From a virus (lineage: Duplodnaviria > Caudoviricetes): a stretch of DNA of 51,129 nt. How positions within the stretch are numbered: the stretch's first letter is position 1; each line of letters begins with the position of its first letter. The notes under the pieces are model-generated. The model searched no databases. It saw only the letters and a program-made list of their open reading frames with translations, and was not told the DNA's origin. The stretch covers positions 1 to 51,129 of the IMG/VR virus record IMGVR_UViG_3300020045_014710. One strand, given 5' to 3'. Made by a program: the position numbers and the translations under genes. Of this stretch, positions 9,082 through 18,372 are shown in pieces.

Positions 9082-9351
9082 TTACTTATTTATGCTATTA
9101 TAAATTCCTATTGCGGTGTCAATATGTTTTTCGTTTAAATGATGCTCTATGTAAGTTACTTTTCTCCCAAACTTATTTCTTAGATACATTTGTTTAGGTT
9201 GTAAAATCAATCCGTAAGTAAGTTTTAATTCAGATATTCTAGTTCTAAAACCTGATAAGTGTGGGTAGTCAATAATTGATACTTTACCGTTTTTTATCAA
9301 CGTTAATAAAACTTCTTGGCGGTTATCTTTTGGTAGCGGTAGTTTACTCAT
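9082..9351 (-). CDS. Winged-helix protein (start re-called to ATG 9351)
   Basis: GFRTRISELK motif; the longer track start lies inside a structured leader. Confidence 0.65.
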   Translation of the reverse strand: MSKLPLPKDNRQEVLLTLIKNGKVSIIDYPHLSGFRTRISELKLTYGLILQPKQMYLRNKFGRKVTYIEHHLNEKHIDTAIGIYNSINK

Positions 9352-9359
9352 ATCATTAA

Positions 9360-9471
9360 AAAACAAAACCTTTAAAATCAACCGGCATCCACTCCGTTTC
9401 ATTTAAAGGTTGTTTTGGTTTAAAAAACCAGTAGCTCTTAATGTAGGTGGATGATCTACAGAGCAAACATA
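9360..9471 (-). promoter_or_regulatory. Promoter (TATGTTTG, 9464-9471) plus two-hairpin leader with complementary loops
   Basis: Hairpin GCTCTGTAG..CTACA..GAGC with loop CATCCAC; hairpin AACCTTTAAA..TTTAAAGGTT with loop containing GTGGATG. Confidence 0.55.
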
Positions 9472-9513
9472 GAATATTTATACTATTAATACAAATTAAT
9501 TATACTAAAAATA

Positions 9514-9687
9514 TCATACAAAATTCTCATAAATGAATTTTACTTCATCAGGAACTAAATATCCTTTACCGATGATTGTTATTTTTCCTGTAATGATTTT
9601 GAACTTAATTTCAATCGCATAATCTCTAAACAGAAAGTAAGTATTACTTTCATAAAGCGCAGGAATAATAAAAAAATCAGTTGTCAT
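9514..9687 (-). CDS. Small hypothetical protein (57 aa, not in track)
   Basis: MTTDFFIIPALYESNTYFLF...YENFV*, 5 bp after the SSB stop. Confidence 0.55.
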   Translation of the reverse strand: MTTDFFIIPALYESNTYFLFRDYAIEIKFKIITGKITIIGKGYLVPDEVKFIYENFV

Positions 9688-9692
9688 TTATT

Positions 9693-10067
9693 TTAAAATG
9701 GCAAATCGTCATCTTCCTCTTCCTCCATGTTTGTTGCTGGAGCAAAAGCTTGTGCAGCCGGAATGGGTGCTGCAGGTTGTGGGTGCTGAGACGTATCAGG
9801 TCTTTTTATTCTCCAACCTAAAATTGTATTGAAATAAACCGATTCTCCTTGTGGATTTACCCATTCTCTACCTCGAAGGTTTATAGAGATTACTACAGCA
9901 TCGCCTACTTTGTAAGGATCTGCTAAATCGCATTTATCCTGGTGGAATTCCACTTTAATATCTTGTGGAAATTGTTCATCTGTAGTCACTACGACTTCGG
10001 TTTTCTTGAAACTTGGCGAGACTTGAATATCTACATTTTTTACTTTAATTTTTCCTGTTACTTCCAT
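9693..10067 (-). CDS. ssb: Single-stranded DNA-binding protein (DUF3127)
   Basis: MEVTGKIK...INLRGREW...YFNTILGWRI; acidic tail DDDLPF. Confidence 0.9.
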   Translation of the reverse strand: MEVTGKIKVKNVDIQVSPSFKKTEVVVTTDEQFPQDIKVEFHQDKCDLADPYKVGDAVVISINLRGREWVNPQGESVYFNTILGWRIKRPDTSQHPQPAAPIPAAQAFAPATNMEEEEDDDLPF

Positions 10068-10086
10068 TTTTATTTTATTGTTTTAA

Positions 10087-10587
10087 TTAACTAATAAGGG
10101 TTTCCATGAATTTATACATGCCTATTTTTTTTGAATTTTTCCATTCTTCTTTGACATTCTGTTCGTACATTTGATTCAGTTTGTCCCAATTTTCAGCTAA
10201 ATTTTTCCACGGAGCGGATAGTTTTGAAAGTTCTGATATTCTTTCTTTCCATTCAGGAACTGCTTCTAATAATTTATAACATCTACTAAAATCATCTGGA
10301 TCGTAAGGATGGTTAATTCTTGGGTTTGGTTGATTCATAAAACAAAGCCACATTGTTTTTGAACTTAAACCTACATGACCATTAGTGATCCACCATAAAG
10401 CTTTTGATTCAATATCTTTTGATTGATCTGCTTTTGGTTCTACATAGGTTTTTTTACAATCGCTGTGTAAATAATCAAAGGCTTTTATTTTTTTATTCAT
10501 TTCTGTAATACCAATAGGCATTTTTAAAGGATGCTCTGCTCCGCAATTAGTACAAAACAGTTTTTCGTTTTTTATTGTTGTTGACAT
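10087..10587 (-). CDS. Hypothetical phage protein with CxxC
   Basis: CTNC; HPYDPDDFSRC..LLEAVPEW. Confidence 0.75.
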   Translation of the reverse strand: MSTTIKNEKLFCTNCGAEHPLKMPIGITEMNKKIKAFDYLHSDCKKTYVEPKADQSKDIESKALWWITNGHVGLSSKTMWLCFMNQPNPRINHPYDPDDFSRCYKLLEAVPEWKERISELSKLSAPWKNLAENWDKLNQMYEQNVKEEWKNSKKIGMYKFMETLIS

Positions 10588-10598
10588 GTTTTTATTTA

Positions 10599-11567
10599 TT
10601 ATTCAATACCATCAGGATCTGTTGAAAATCCTTTTAGGTATTTTGGTTTAAAAAGTGTACGTTGTGTATGGTCGAAGAAATTATAACTTTCGTCCCAGCG
10701 GTCTTCAGCTGCACATTTTTCGAGCATAGCTAAAAGATATTTGTATTCTCGTTTCCCATATTCGATAAAAGAGCGATCAATAACAATGTCGCAAAAATTC
10801 CCTTTGGCATCAAAAGCAATAATGACGTATTTGTCAATTTGATTTGGAGTAGCATCATCATACATTCCGGCCTGCATGTAATATTTCATTTTGACAATAT
10901 CACGCTCAAAAGCATCTGGATTAGCATTTTTAGTGTATTTCAAATCAAACTTTAAACCAGTAATTTGTCCATCAATATACCCTAAGAAACTCCAACCATT
11001 TACAGTCCATTTTACTTCAATTTCGACATCAGATAAAACTTCTAAATATTTAAGGAATAAAGGAGTACTAATAAGATAATCCGTCAGTTTTTTAGCTTTG
11101 TCGTACACATCATCAGTAATAATTTCTTTACCTGATTGTACTGCTGTAAAATAATCCTTCAGTTCGGCATAAATTTTTTCATAAGTTCCTGTTTTATAAT
11201 TATTATTGTATGCTGTTTCTACAGGAATACCATCTAAATAATCACGAGCAAAACCAGTTTGATTTCCTTCTGAAGGTGATTTTTTTACAACTGCAAATTT
11301 ATCTTCGAATAAATGAGGTTGTAAAATAAGAACGTGGCATAACGAGCCAAATATCATTTCTGGAGTTGCTTTGAATTTTTTAAGTTTGTATTCTAAAAAT
11401 TCCTTTGGAGAAGTAAAAGATTTAATAGAAGAAAAAGACAATCTTAACTGCTTGTTTCTAATTTTTTCGATTAAAATTTCTCTTGGTGTTGGTTGCTGTT
11501 CTGCCACCGGAATTGCTTGTTCTTCTTGCTGATTCATATCTTCAAATATTTGTTTGGAATGGCCCAT
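10599..11567 (-). CDS. PD-(D/E)XK exonuclease (RecE/DUF3799-like)
   Basis: LSFSSIK, FGSLCH, GYIDG..FDLKYT, YYMQAGMY; adjacent to ERF. Confidence 0.85.
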   Translation of the reverse strand: MGHSKQIFEDMNQQEEQAIPVAEQQPTPREILIEKIRNKQLRLSFSSIKSFTSPKEFLEYKLKKFKATPEMIFGSLCHVLILQPHLFEDKFAVVKKSPSEGNQTGFARDYLDGIPVETAYNNNYKTGTYEKIYAELKDYFTAVQSGKEIITDDVYDKAKKLTDYLISTPLFLKYLEVLSDVEIEVKWTVNGWSFLGYIDGQITGLKFDLKYTKNANPDAFERDIVKMKYYMQAGMYDDATPNQIDKYVIIAFDAKGNFCDIVIDRSFIEYGKREYKYLLAMLEKCAAEDRWDESYNFFDHTQRTLFKPKYLKGFSTDPDGIE

Positions 11568-11569
11568 TA

Positions 11570-12484
11570 CTACACTGCTTTTTCTAATTCAAGAACTTTA
11601 TCTTCTAAGAGTTTTAAATCACCTGCTCTGGCTTTCATTTTGCCTTTTTTAATCACATTAATAGTTGATTTTAATTGCTTGATAGGACTTAATAATGCAG
11701 CATTTACTTGATCCGCTGTAATCCATGGTGCTTCTTCTCCTTCTGAAGTTGTGACTTTTTTAGGCTCTGGATCTGGTGCTGGTGCTGGAGTCAGTTCAAT
11801 AATTTTATTTTGAATTTGCAAAATTTGTTCTGTTGTAGCGATTACTCTTTTTGCGGTTATTCCAGCCAAAGCTTTATTTAAAACCTCTAAAGTTCCGGCT
11901 AAAACCAATTTCAAACCTTCTGCATCAAGAACCTTTGGTGGCTTTAGCGCTTTAGGAGCTGGAGGCACCGGAGCTGCTGGAAGTGGTGTTTTAGCTTCAT
12001 CTGAATGATGATTGTCGGCATCGTCTATATGTCCTGTAGGCACCATAAAAGCATAAAGTAAAGCATATTTTAAAGCATAAGTTGTAGCTTTTCCTGCGCC
12101 TTTGTCTTGTGAATCTATTCCTTGTCCAAAACCTTTCAAAACGATGCTTTCGCCACTTTCATGTAATAATAAATATTCCGTTTCAATTTCAGTAAAAACA
12201 GATTGTTTGCGTTTTAGTCCTTTTGGTGTTGATTTACTGTATGGATCCTCTTCATCCCATGTTTGGATGGTAGTTTCTTTTTTAACTCCTGTAGGCAACA
12301 TACATAAGCCATTTTCCTTCATGGCTTTACCAATGATGATTTTTACATCTTTATCAGCAATTCCTTTATAGGAATTTCCTCCGGAACCAATAGTCATTCC
12401 TTTGTCGATTCCTTTCACGGATTCCATAACTGCTAGAATTGCTAAAGCTATTTTTGATTTGCTTTCTGTGGTTACTACTTCCAT
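11570..12484 (-). CDS. erf: ERF family ssDNA annealing protein
   Basis: HESGE...DKGAGKATTYALKYAL...DDAD ERF signature. Confidence 0.88.
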   Translation of the reverse strand: MEVVTTESKSKIALAILAVMESVKGIDKGMTIGSGGNSYKGIADKDVKIIIGKAMKENGLCMLPTGVKKETTIQTWDEEDPYSKSTPKGLKRKQSVFTEIETEYLLLHESGESIVLKGFGQGIDSQDKGAGKATTYALKYALLYAFMVPTGHIDDADNHHSDEAKTPLPAAPVPPAPKALKPPKVLDAEGLKLVLAGTLEVLNKALAGITAKRVIATTEQILQIQNKIIELTPAPAPDPEPKKVTTSEGEEAPWITADQVNAALLSPIKQLKSTINVIKKGKMKARAGDLKLLEDKVLELEKAV

Positions 12485-12729
12485 TCTTTTATTTTTTTAA
12501 TATTAGTTCCTTGATAAGAGCATTTGTGTTTTTCAACGATAATGTCATTCGCTTCTTTTACACATTGTTCATCTGTGAAATAGAATGTTTTTTTTTCGGT
12601 GTCGATAAATAGCCTGTCGGCTAATTCATCTGGAGAAACGCATTCGTCTAATTCTTCGTAACCTTTTTCTATAAGTTCGGCAGCTATTTCATGTAATTTT
12701 TCTGAGGCAACGTAAAATCTATTCTTCAT
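12475..12729 (-). CDS. Hypothetical protein
   Basis: Overlapping operon packing. Confidence 0.65.
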   Translation of the reverse strand: MKNRFYVASEKLHEIAAELIEKGYEELDECVSPDELADRLFIDTEKKTFYFTDEQCVKEANDIIVEKHKCSYQGTNIKKIKEWK

Positions 12730-12985
12730 TGTTAATGTATTTATTAAAATTTTCTTCAGTTATTAGCCAGCTTTTACCCACTTTATCCGCTTTTAGGATT
12801 TTATCTCTAATGTGTCTGGCGATTGTGTTTTCTGTTTTTTTAGTCCATGCAGCAACTTGTTTTACGGTAAACAGATTAGATTTTGATTCTGTTGCTGGTT
12901 TATTATTTTCTTTATTTTGAATTTCGACGACTCGTACCGCAATAGCGTTAATGTTTTCATCAGAAAGTTTAATAGTGACGTCCAT
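12719..12985 (-). CDS. Excisionase-like HTH_17 protein
   Basis: FTVKQVA...TIARHIRDKILKADKVGKSWLI. Confidence 0.8.
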   Translation of the reverse strand: MDVTIKLSDENINAIAVRVVEIQNKENNKPATESKSNLFTVKQVAAWTKKTENTIARHIRDKILKADKVGKSWLITEENFNKYINNEE

Positions 12986-12987
12986 AG

Positions 12988-14400
12988 TTATAGTGGCATT
13001 GGTGGGTTATAATTTTCTTCTAGAAAATCAATAAAACTTTGTATTGTTGGTGCTTCCATTGTAGTTTTGAAAAATTCAACAACAATTGGGGACCAACCTT
13101 CTTTTTTGGTTTCAGTATCGGTAGGTATTGGTTTCCGGGTTAATACTACTTTTTCTTTTACTGGTTCAGTAGGAGTTACAGATCCAGTAACTACTTTTGC
13201 ACCGGTAACGACTATGTTTTCTGCAGGGATTTTAACAACAGGAATTTCAGTTTGATTTAAGATTCCTTTACCAGAAATATTAGGACTTGAAAACATAACT
13301 GTTTTTGTTATTGGATCTTCTTCTTTTGCTTCAGGAAGCGGTTCGTTGTCTTTTTTAATTACTTCAACCCAATTTTTAATAAGGTCATCCCAATGTGATT
13401 CGTTAGCAGATTTAATATGACTAAAAAAGCATTCAATTTTTGATTTATCTGTTAGTTTGAAATCATAACTTTCGTTTTCTTTGTTTATAGTAAATGACAA
13501 TTCCTTGATTTGTTTTATTCTTGCTTTCGAACGATCTTCTAATTTTTTAGCTTCGTTAGCACTATATACTTTACGGAACGATTTATGAACAAGGTACCAA
13601 GCATCATCATTCATGGATTTTAGATTTTCCTTAGAAACAAATTCAGAAGGGGTTTCTGTAGCTGTATTAACTAATGTAATTCCAAGTTCAGATAAGGTAG
13701 ATCCAAGTGAAAGAAGGATTTCTAGTCTTTCGCTATACGCAGTTAATCTTTCATTTTCCAGCCTTGTTTCTTCGTTTTGAGTAAGAAGTATTACTGACGA
13801 CTTTAAACGGTCTAAAATTGCTTGATGCTTCACTGAAAATTCAATTTGAAACTCTTGAAATTCTTCTAAAACTAAATTTTCTGTAAATTTTGTAAATTCA
13901 GTTTCTACAGCTTCGATACTGCTATAATCCAGCTTGGTAAGTTTATCATTCCAAGAGTCTTGAAAATCACTAATCGCATCCTTGATAGTTGATTTCCTTA
14001 GTTCTTCGGCTTCTGCTTCGGCTTTCTCTTTTGCAGCAACTTTTACTTTCCAAGCTTCACAATTAGCATTGTGAAGATCTTCTAGAGGTTGTGTCATTGT
14101 GGCTATTTCATCATAAGTTTTAACTAATGGATCAAATAACTTTTCTTTTAATGCATCAATGTCAATTTTTTTTGAAGCATTGGTGGTTGTTCTTCCTTTT
14201 TTTAAGGCTTTTCGGCTAGTATCTGAAATTTTAAAAGTAGCTTCATCAATAATCTCAACAACTGGATTATTATCCATTAGTTTTTGTTGATTGCTTTTAA
14301 ATAAATCAACATTTAAAAAATGAGAAGGAGTTAAGTCTTTTATACTTACTAATCCTGTTTCGGTAACTGGTAATTTTGCTTCTTCGTTTTCGGCTGACAT
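12988..14400 (-). CDS. Coiled-coil phage protein
   Basis: 470 aa, helical and E/K-rich; first large gene of the leftward operon. Confidence 0.75.
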   Translation of the reverse strand: MSAENEEAKLPVTETGLVSIKDLTPSHFLNVDLFKSNQQKLMDNNPVVEIIDEATFKISDTSRKALKKGRTTTNASKKIDIDALKEKLFDPLVKTYDEIATMTQPLEDLHNANCEAWKVKVAAKEKAEAEAEELRKSTIKDAISDFQDSWNDKLTKLDYSSIEAVETEFTKFTENLVLEEFQEFQIEFSVKHQAILDRLKSSVILLTQNEETRLENERLTAYSERLEILLSLGSTLSELGITLVNTATETPSEFVSKENLKSMNDDAWYLVHKSFRKVYSANEAKKLEDRSKARIKQIKELSFTINKENESYDFKLTDKSKIECFFSHIKSANESHWDDLIKNWVEVIKKDNEPLPEAKEEDPITKTVMFSSPNISGKGILNQTEIPVVKIPAENIVVTGAKVVTGSVTPTEPVKEKVVLTRKPIPTDTETKKEGWSPIVVEFFKTTMEAPTIQSFIDFLEENYNPPMPL

Positions 14401-14447
14401 AAAAATAATTTATTTATAATATTGGTACAATTAATTTACACTTGTTC

Positions 14448-14657
14448 TTACAAAAAAATAGCTTCGGATTTGTTTACTTCTGAACTACACAACTCTTTAA
14501 ATGAAGTGTGAAAAACCGGATCTAAAGGATCGGTTATAGAATACGTCTCAATTGATTCATTTCCTATAGGAATGCGTTCCTTGATTAATTCTAAGTTGTA
14601 GTTTTTAAATATTTCACTCGTATTCATAAGTTTGTTTTTCCCTAGTTGCAAAAGCAT
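14448..14657 (-). CDS. Small hypothetical protein (likely start MNTSEIF)
   Basis: First ORF divergent from the repressor. Confidence 0.45.
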   Translation of the reverse strand: MLLQLGKNKLMNTSEIFKNYNLELIKERIPIGNESIETYSITDPLDPVFHTSFKELCSSEVNKSEAIFL

Positions 14658-14704
14658 AAAAACAGATATTTTTGTAATTTAATTATTACTGTTAATTAAA
14701 TATT

Positions 14705-14742
14705 TATATTTGTTTGTATTTGTTTTCGTTGAAGCAAATATA
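14705..14742. promoter_or_regulatory. Face-to-face promoter pair (TATATTTG on + at 14705-14712; TATATTTG on - at 14735-14742)
   Basis: Two TAnnTTTG elements between the lytic operon and the repressor. Confidence 0.55.
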
Positions 14743-14772
14743 TACAAGTATTTCTGAAATAAAAAACTATAA

Positions 14773-15288
14773 ATGGAAAATAATACAACTATTTCTGAAA
14801 GAATATCCCAACTTATTGATTGTCTTGGAGTTAACCCAAATTCATTCGCTAAAAAACTAGGATATGATAGGTCTCAAGCATTATATGACATTATAAACGG
14901 GAAATCAAAACCTAGCTTTGATTTTTTCCAGAAGCTTTACAGTTCAGAATATTCTGAATTAGTAAATATGAATTGGCTTGTTACTGGTAAAGGAGAAAAG
15001 TTTGTACAAAATAAAAACAACGATAGGCTTGTATTAAACGAACCGGAAGAGGTTTATGGTTTGAATAACAGTGATTATGTTACTAATTTAATAAAATCAC
15101 TGGCAATGAAGGATGAAATAATTGCTCTATATAGAGAGAAGTTACAGGCGTACGAATCTAAAGGAAGTACGGAATCACGTTTGAGTGAATTAGAAGAGTT
15201 TACAGAAGTTATAAAGTTTAAACTGAAATTAGATTTAGAAATTAAAAATACTAAAAAAAGAATCGTTACAAAAAAGAAAATGCCGTAG
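14773..15288 (+). CDS. CI-like XRE repressor
   Basis: ISERISQLI...FAKKLGY..SQALYDIINGKSKPS...NWLVTGKGE; divergent from the lytic operon. Confidence 0.85.
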   Translation: MENNTTISERISQLIDCLGVNPNSFAKKLGYDRSQALYDIINGKSKPSFDFFQKLYSSEYSELVNMNWLVTGKGEKFVQNKNNDRLVLNEPEEVYGLNNSDYVTNLIKSLAMKDEIIALYREKLQAYESKGSTESRLSELEEFTEVIKFKLKLDLEIKNTKKRIVTKKKMP

Positions 15289-15510
15289 CTAATTGTCTAA
15301 CAAAGGAATTGAAAGAAGGAATGTTTTTGCCTCTTTTCTTTCTTGATGTGAATAACTGTTATCTATGATAAGCATTATTAGTTTTTTTCTAATTTTTTTT
15401 AAATTACGTAATTTCTCTCGTGTGTTGTGTTCTTTTTGAGCTAACAAGAATTCTTTTTTAATTTCTTTAATCATTGATTTCTTTTTCAATTTTTTCAATT
15501 TCTCTATCAA
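15289..15510 (-). CDS. Basic small hypothetical protein
   Basis: Coupled to the stop of the upstream membrane protein (internal MIKEIKK start). Confidence 0.45.
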   Translation of the reverse strand: MIEKLKKLKKKSMIKEIKKEFLLAQKEHNTREKLRNLKKIRKKLIMLIIDNSYSHQERKEAKTFLLSIPLLDN

Positions 15511-15976
15511 TTGTATCCATTAAATCGAGAGCTGAAATTTTGGAAGCAATTTTGTTTCTTAGAATTATTAAAAATAAACATACTATTAAAGACAGCGGAA
15601 TTACTATAAAAAAATCTAATGACTCATCTTTGAATTTCATTTCGTCATTAAGTAGGTTTATAGTTTGGTACAGCAGCATTCCAATAGGAACCAGTATAGC
15701 TTTGTTCCACCAATTTTGACAAGTAAAATACCAAATAACCAATAAGTATAGGAATATGAATTTCTGTAGAAAAACCCACATAAATGTAGATACATTTTCG
15801 TAGTATTTACTTGTGTAGGTAAACAAAGATGTTTCCCAAGTTTTTACGCAAGGGAAACATTGATAAGAGTAAAAAATAATTGGAGTTATTATAATAAGTA
15901 CTGCAATAGTGCTATCCGTGCGTAGGAGGTTTAACCGTGGCTGGATCGACGTCTTCCGAATATTGTTCTTTATCAT
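15467..15976 (-). CDS. Multi-pass membrane protein of a Flavobacteriaceae-type family
   Basis: Four hydrophobic segments, IWYFTC.NWW..AILVP motif, C-terminal coiled coil. Confidence 0.75.
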   Translation of the reverse strand: MIKNNIRKTSIQPRLNLLRTDSTIAVLIIITPIIFYSYQCFPCVKTWETSLFTYTSKYYENVSTFMWVFLQKFIFLYLLVIWYFTCQNWWNKAILVPIGMLLYQTINLLNDEMKFKDESLDFFIVIPLSLIVCLFLIILRNKIASKISALDLMDTIDREIEKIEKEIND

Positions 15977-16082
15977 ATTTTTTTATAGATGAATTTTCTT
16001 TTTTTGTTACAATTTCTTCTGTCGTACATGACGAAAACAACAGTACAGAAATTCCGATTAAAAACAAACTTACTTTTTTCAT
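15912..16082 (-). CDS. Small lipopeptide precursor (56 aa, not in track)
   Basis: MKKVSLFLIGISVLLFSSC|TTEE...YSEDVDPATVKPPTHG*; lipobox; overlaps the membrane-protein start. Confidence 0.75.
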   Translation of the reverse strand: MKKVSLFLIGISVLLFSSCTTEEIVTKKENSSIKKYDKEQYSEDVDPATVKPPTHG

Positions 16083-16290
16083 GATTATATATTTTTAAGA
16101 TTAATCTTCAAAATTACGCAACATGAAAAACTATATTTAAATTGATTAAGTTACTTATACATAACATATCAACTGTTTGTTTGAACTAATTTTACAAAAA
16201 TAAGTGTATGGAAAATATATATTTTACGGGAAACCTCATTTAAACAAAATAATTTTATTTATTTGTTTTTATTTGTTTGTGTGTTTTATT

Positions 16291-16525
16291 TGTCGGTATA
16301 TGGTCGGGATATTAAAAGGTATAAAAAAACGCAATACCTTTGTTTAATGGGTGTTGCGTTAGTTTTTTATTTTAAAAAGTGACCACGGTGGGATTACGAA
16401 TTTGTACCATTAATACACATAAATAAATAAAAACACATATATTTTATATTTATAGTGTAAATTTAATTATATTTGTAGTGCAATATATTTGTATTGGTCC
16501 GAACTTGTCGGGATATTGCAGGGAT
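16291..16525. mobile_element. attP: tRNA 3'-end core at 16379-16395 with flanking arm-type repeats
   Basis: Reverse complement AATCCCACCGTGGTCAC resembles a tRNA T-arm/acceptor 3' end; GTCGG(T/G)ATA repeats at ~16292, ~16303 and ~16507; directly upstream of the integrase. Confidence 0.75.
16323..16368. terminator. Terminator-like hairpin next to att core
   Basis: AACGCAATACC..GGGTGTTGCGTT flanked by A and T runs; lies downstream of the tRNA fragment on the minus strand. Confidence 0.6.
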
Positions 16526-16572
16526 GGGATGCTTTGGGAAGAGTATTCTTTTTATAAAATTCAAACGAAATT

Positions 16573-17868
16573 ATGGCTACTTTAAAATATTCTATTGTAG
16601 GTAAAAAATCTCCTTCTGAGATCAGAATCCGTTACATAAACGGAAGGCTTACCGATACTGCTACAGGTATAAATATCTTTATTGATCCTAAGTATTGGGA
16701 TCAGGAAAACCAACGTATAAGAAACGTTATTGCGGTACCGAATAGAGATAAAATGAATTCTAAATTATCCGAATTAAAGATTCATGTTTTTAATGCAGCT
16801 AATGACGATTTTATGAACGGTGAAATTTTAAACAAAATTTGGCTTGAAAAAAGTGTAGCTAAATTTTTTAATCGTCCCTCTAATGAACTTAAAAAAGCGC
16901 CAGAATACCATAAAATTTATTTGACTGATTTTGCTGAATGGTGGTTTAAAGAAAAAGCGCCAAAATTTAAAGTTAGTGCCGATCAGTATATGGATAGTAC
17001 CACTATTGGACATTATAAAATTTTAAATTCCCAGATTCAAGAATTTGAAGGTAAGGATAAGATAAAATTCAGTTCTATAGATGATGTTTTATTAGATAAA
17101 TTTTCAGAATTTCTTACTGAAAAAGAATATGCCGAGAAAACAACCAAACGAATGTTGGGACGATTTAAATTCTTTTGTTTAAGAGCCGAAGCCGAAAATA
17201 TAGTAATTAATCAATCTTATAAAAACAGAATTTTTGTAGCAAAATCTAAAGAAGATTATAAAGAACCTTACTTTGATGAAGTAGAAATAAATAAAATTTA
17301 CAACCATGATTTTTCTGATAACACAACGCTGGATAATGTAAGAGACAATTTGATTATTGGATTATGGACCGGTTTAAGAATTTCTGATTTTTTATCAAAA
17401 CTTAAATTAGATAATTTTCATGATGATTTTATTGAAATTCAAACGGAGAAAACAAAGACTTGGGTGTCAATTCCGGTGCATTGGATGATACATGATATTT
17501 TGAAGAAAAGAAACGGTGCGCTTCCTGAAAAAATAAGTGATCAAAAATTCAATAAGCACATAAAAACGATAGCTGCAATTTTGAAATTTGATACCCAGAT
17601 GATAGGTGGTATTTCAAAGGTTGATCCAAAGACTAAAATTAAAAGAAAAGTAGTAAGTTTATACCCAAAACACAAATTGATTACCAGCCATATTTGCCGT
17701 AGAAGTTTTGCTACAAATATATATGGGACTGTAAGCAATAGTACATTAATGGCGATTTGTGGATGGAAGAGTGAAGAACAAATGCTGGACTATATCAAGA
17801 AAACAAATAGGGAACACGCTGAGAGCTTGAAAAAAGTTTGGGATATAAATTATAATAAAGTGAATTAA
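16573..17868 (+). CDS. int: Phage integrase (tyrosine recombinase, Bacteroidota type)
   Basis: Arm-binding N-terminus; TGLRISD, KT, SHICRRSFATN and catalytic Y in DYIK. Confidence 0.93.
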   Translation: MATLKYSIVGKKSPSEIRIRYINGRLTDTATGINIFIDPKYWDQENQRIRNVIAVPNRDKMNSKLSELKIHVFNAANDDFMNGEILNKIWLEKSVAKFFNRPSNELKKAPEYHKIYLTDFAEWWFKEKAPKFKVSADQYMDSTTIGHYKILNSQIQEFEGKDKIKFSSIDDVLLDKFSEFLTEKEYAEKTTKRMLGRFKFFCLRAEAENIVINQSYKNRIFVAKSKEDYKEPYFDEVEINKIYNHDFSDNTTLDNVRDNLIIGLWTGLRISDFLSKLKLDNFHDDFIEIQTEKTKTWVSIPVHWMIHDILKKRNGALPEKISDQKFNKHIKTIAAILKFDTQMIGGISKVDPKTKIKRKVVSLYPKHKLITSHICRRSFATNIYGTVSNSTLMAICGWKSEEQMLDYIKKTNREHAESLKKVWDINYNKVN

Positions 17869-17869
17869 A

Positions 17870-18352
17870 ATGGAAAATAAATATTACACCCCTAAATTAA
17901 ATGAATTTTTTGACGGATTTGAATATGAAAGTTTGGATGATATTATTTGGAAAAAATCTGTTTTTGATTTTAGAGATTTAGAAGTTGTTGATGATGAAAT
18001 AAGAGAGGAAATTATTAGAGTAAAATACCTTAACAGAGAAGACATAGAAAGTTTTGGGTTTAAGTATGATAGCGATAATTTTTTCGAAGGTTTTTTTAAT
18101 GGATTAATTTACAAGATTCTATTAGTAAATGAAAATGTTTGGATCTATTTTAGACAGAATGTTGGAAATGAAAAAATAATAGATAAAACATCTTTTTTCG
18201 GTAAAATTAAAAACAAATCTGAACTTAAAAAATTAATGGTTCAATTAGGAATAGAAAATAAATTGTGGTTTGATACTCCAAAAGGAAAGGTTTATCTGGA
18301 TTTAGAAGAGTATAAAAAACAAATTGAATGGGAAAACAAAAAAGGGAAATAA
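17870..18352 (+). CDS. Hypothetical phage protein
   Basis: MENKYYTP...RVKYL.REDIESFGF...GKIKNKSELKKLM. Confidence 0.75.
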   Translation: MENKYYTPKLNEFFDGFEYESLDDIIWKKSVFDFRDLEVVDDEIREEIIRVKYLNREDIESFGFKYDSDNFFEGFFNGLIYKILLVNENVWIYFRQNVGNEKIIDKTSFFGKIKNKSELKKLMVQLGIENKLWFDTPKGKVYLDLEEYKKQIEWENKKGK

Positions 18353-18372
18353 TAACATAAAAATAAACGAAA

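Noticed and set aside
16360-16470. Complete tRNA gene at the att site
   Set aside because: Only 17 bp of 3' end is present; no D-arm or anticodon arm can be folded from the adjacent sequence.
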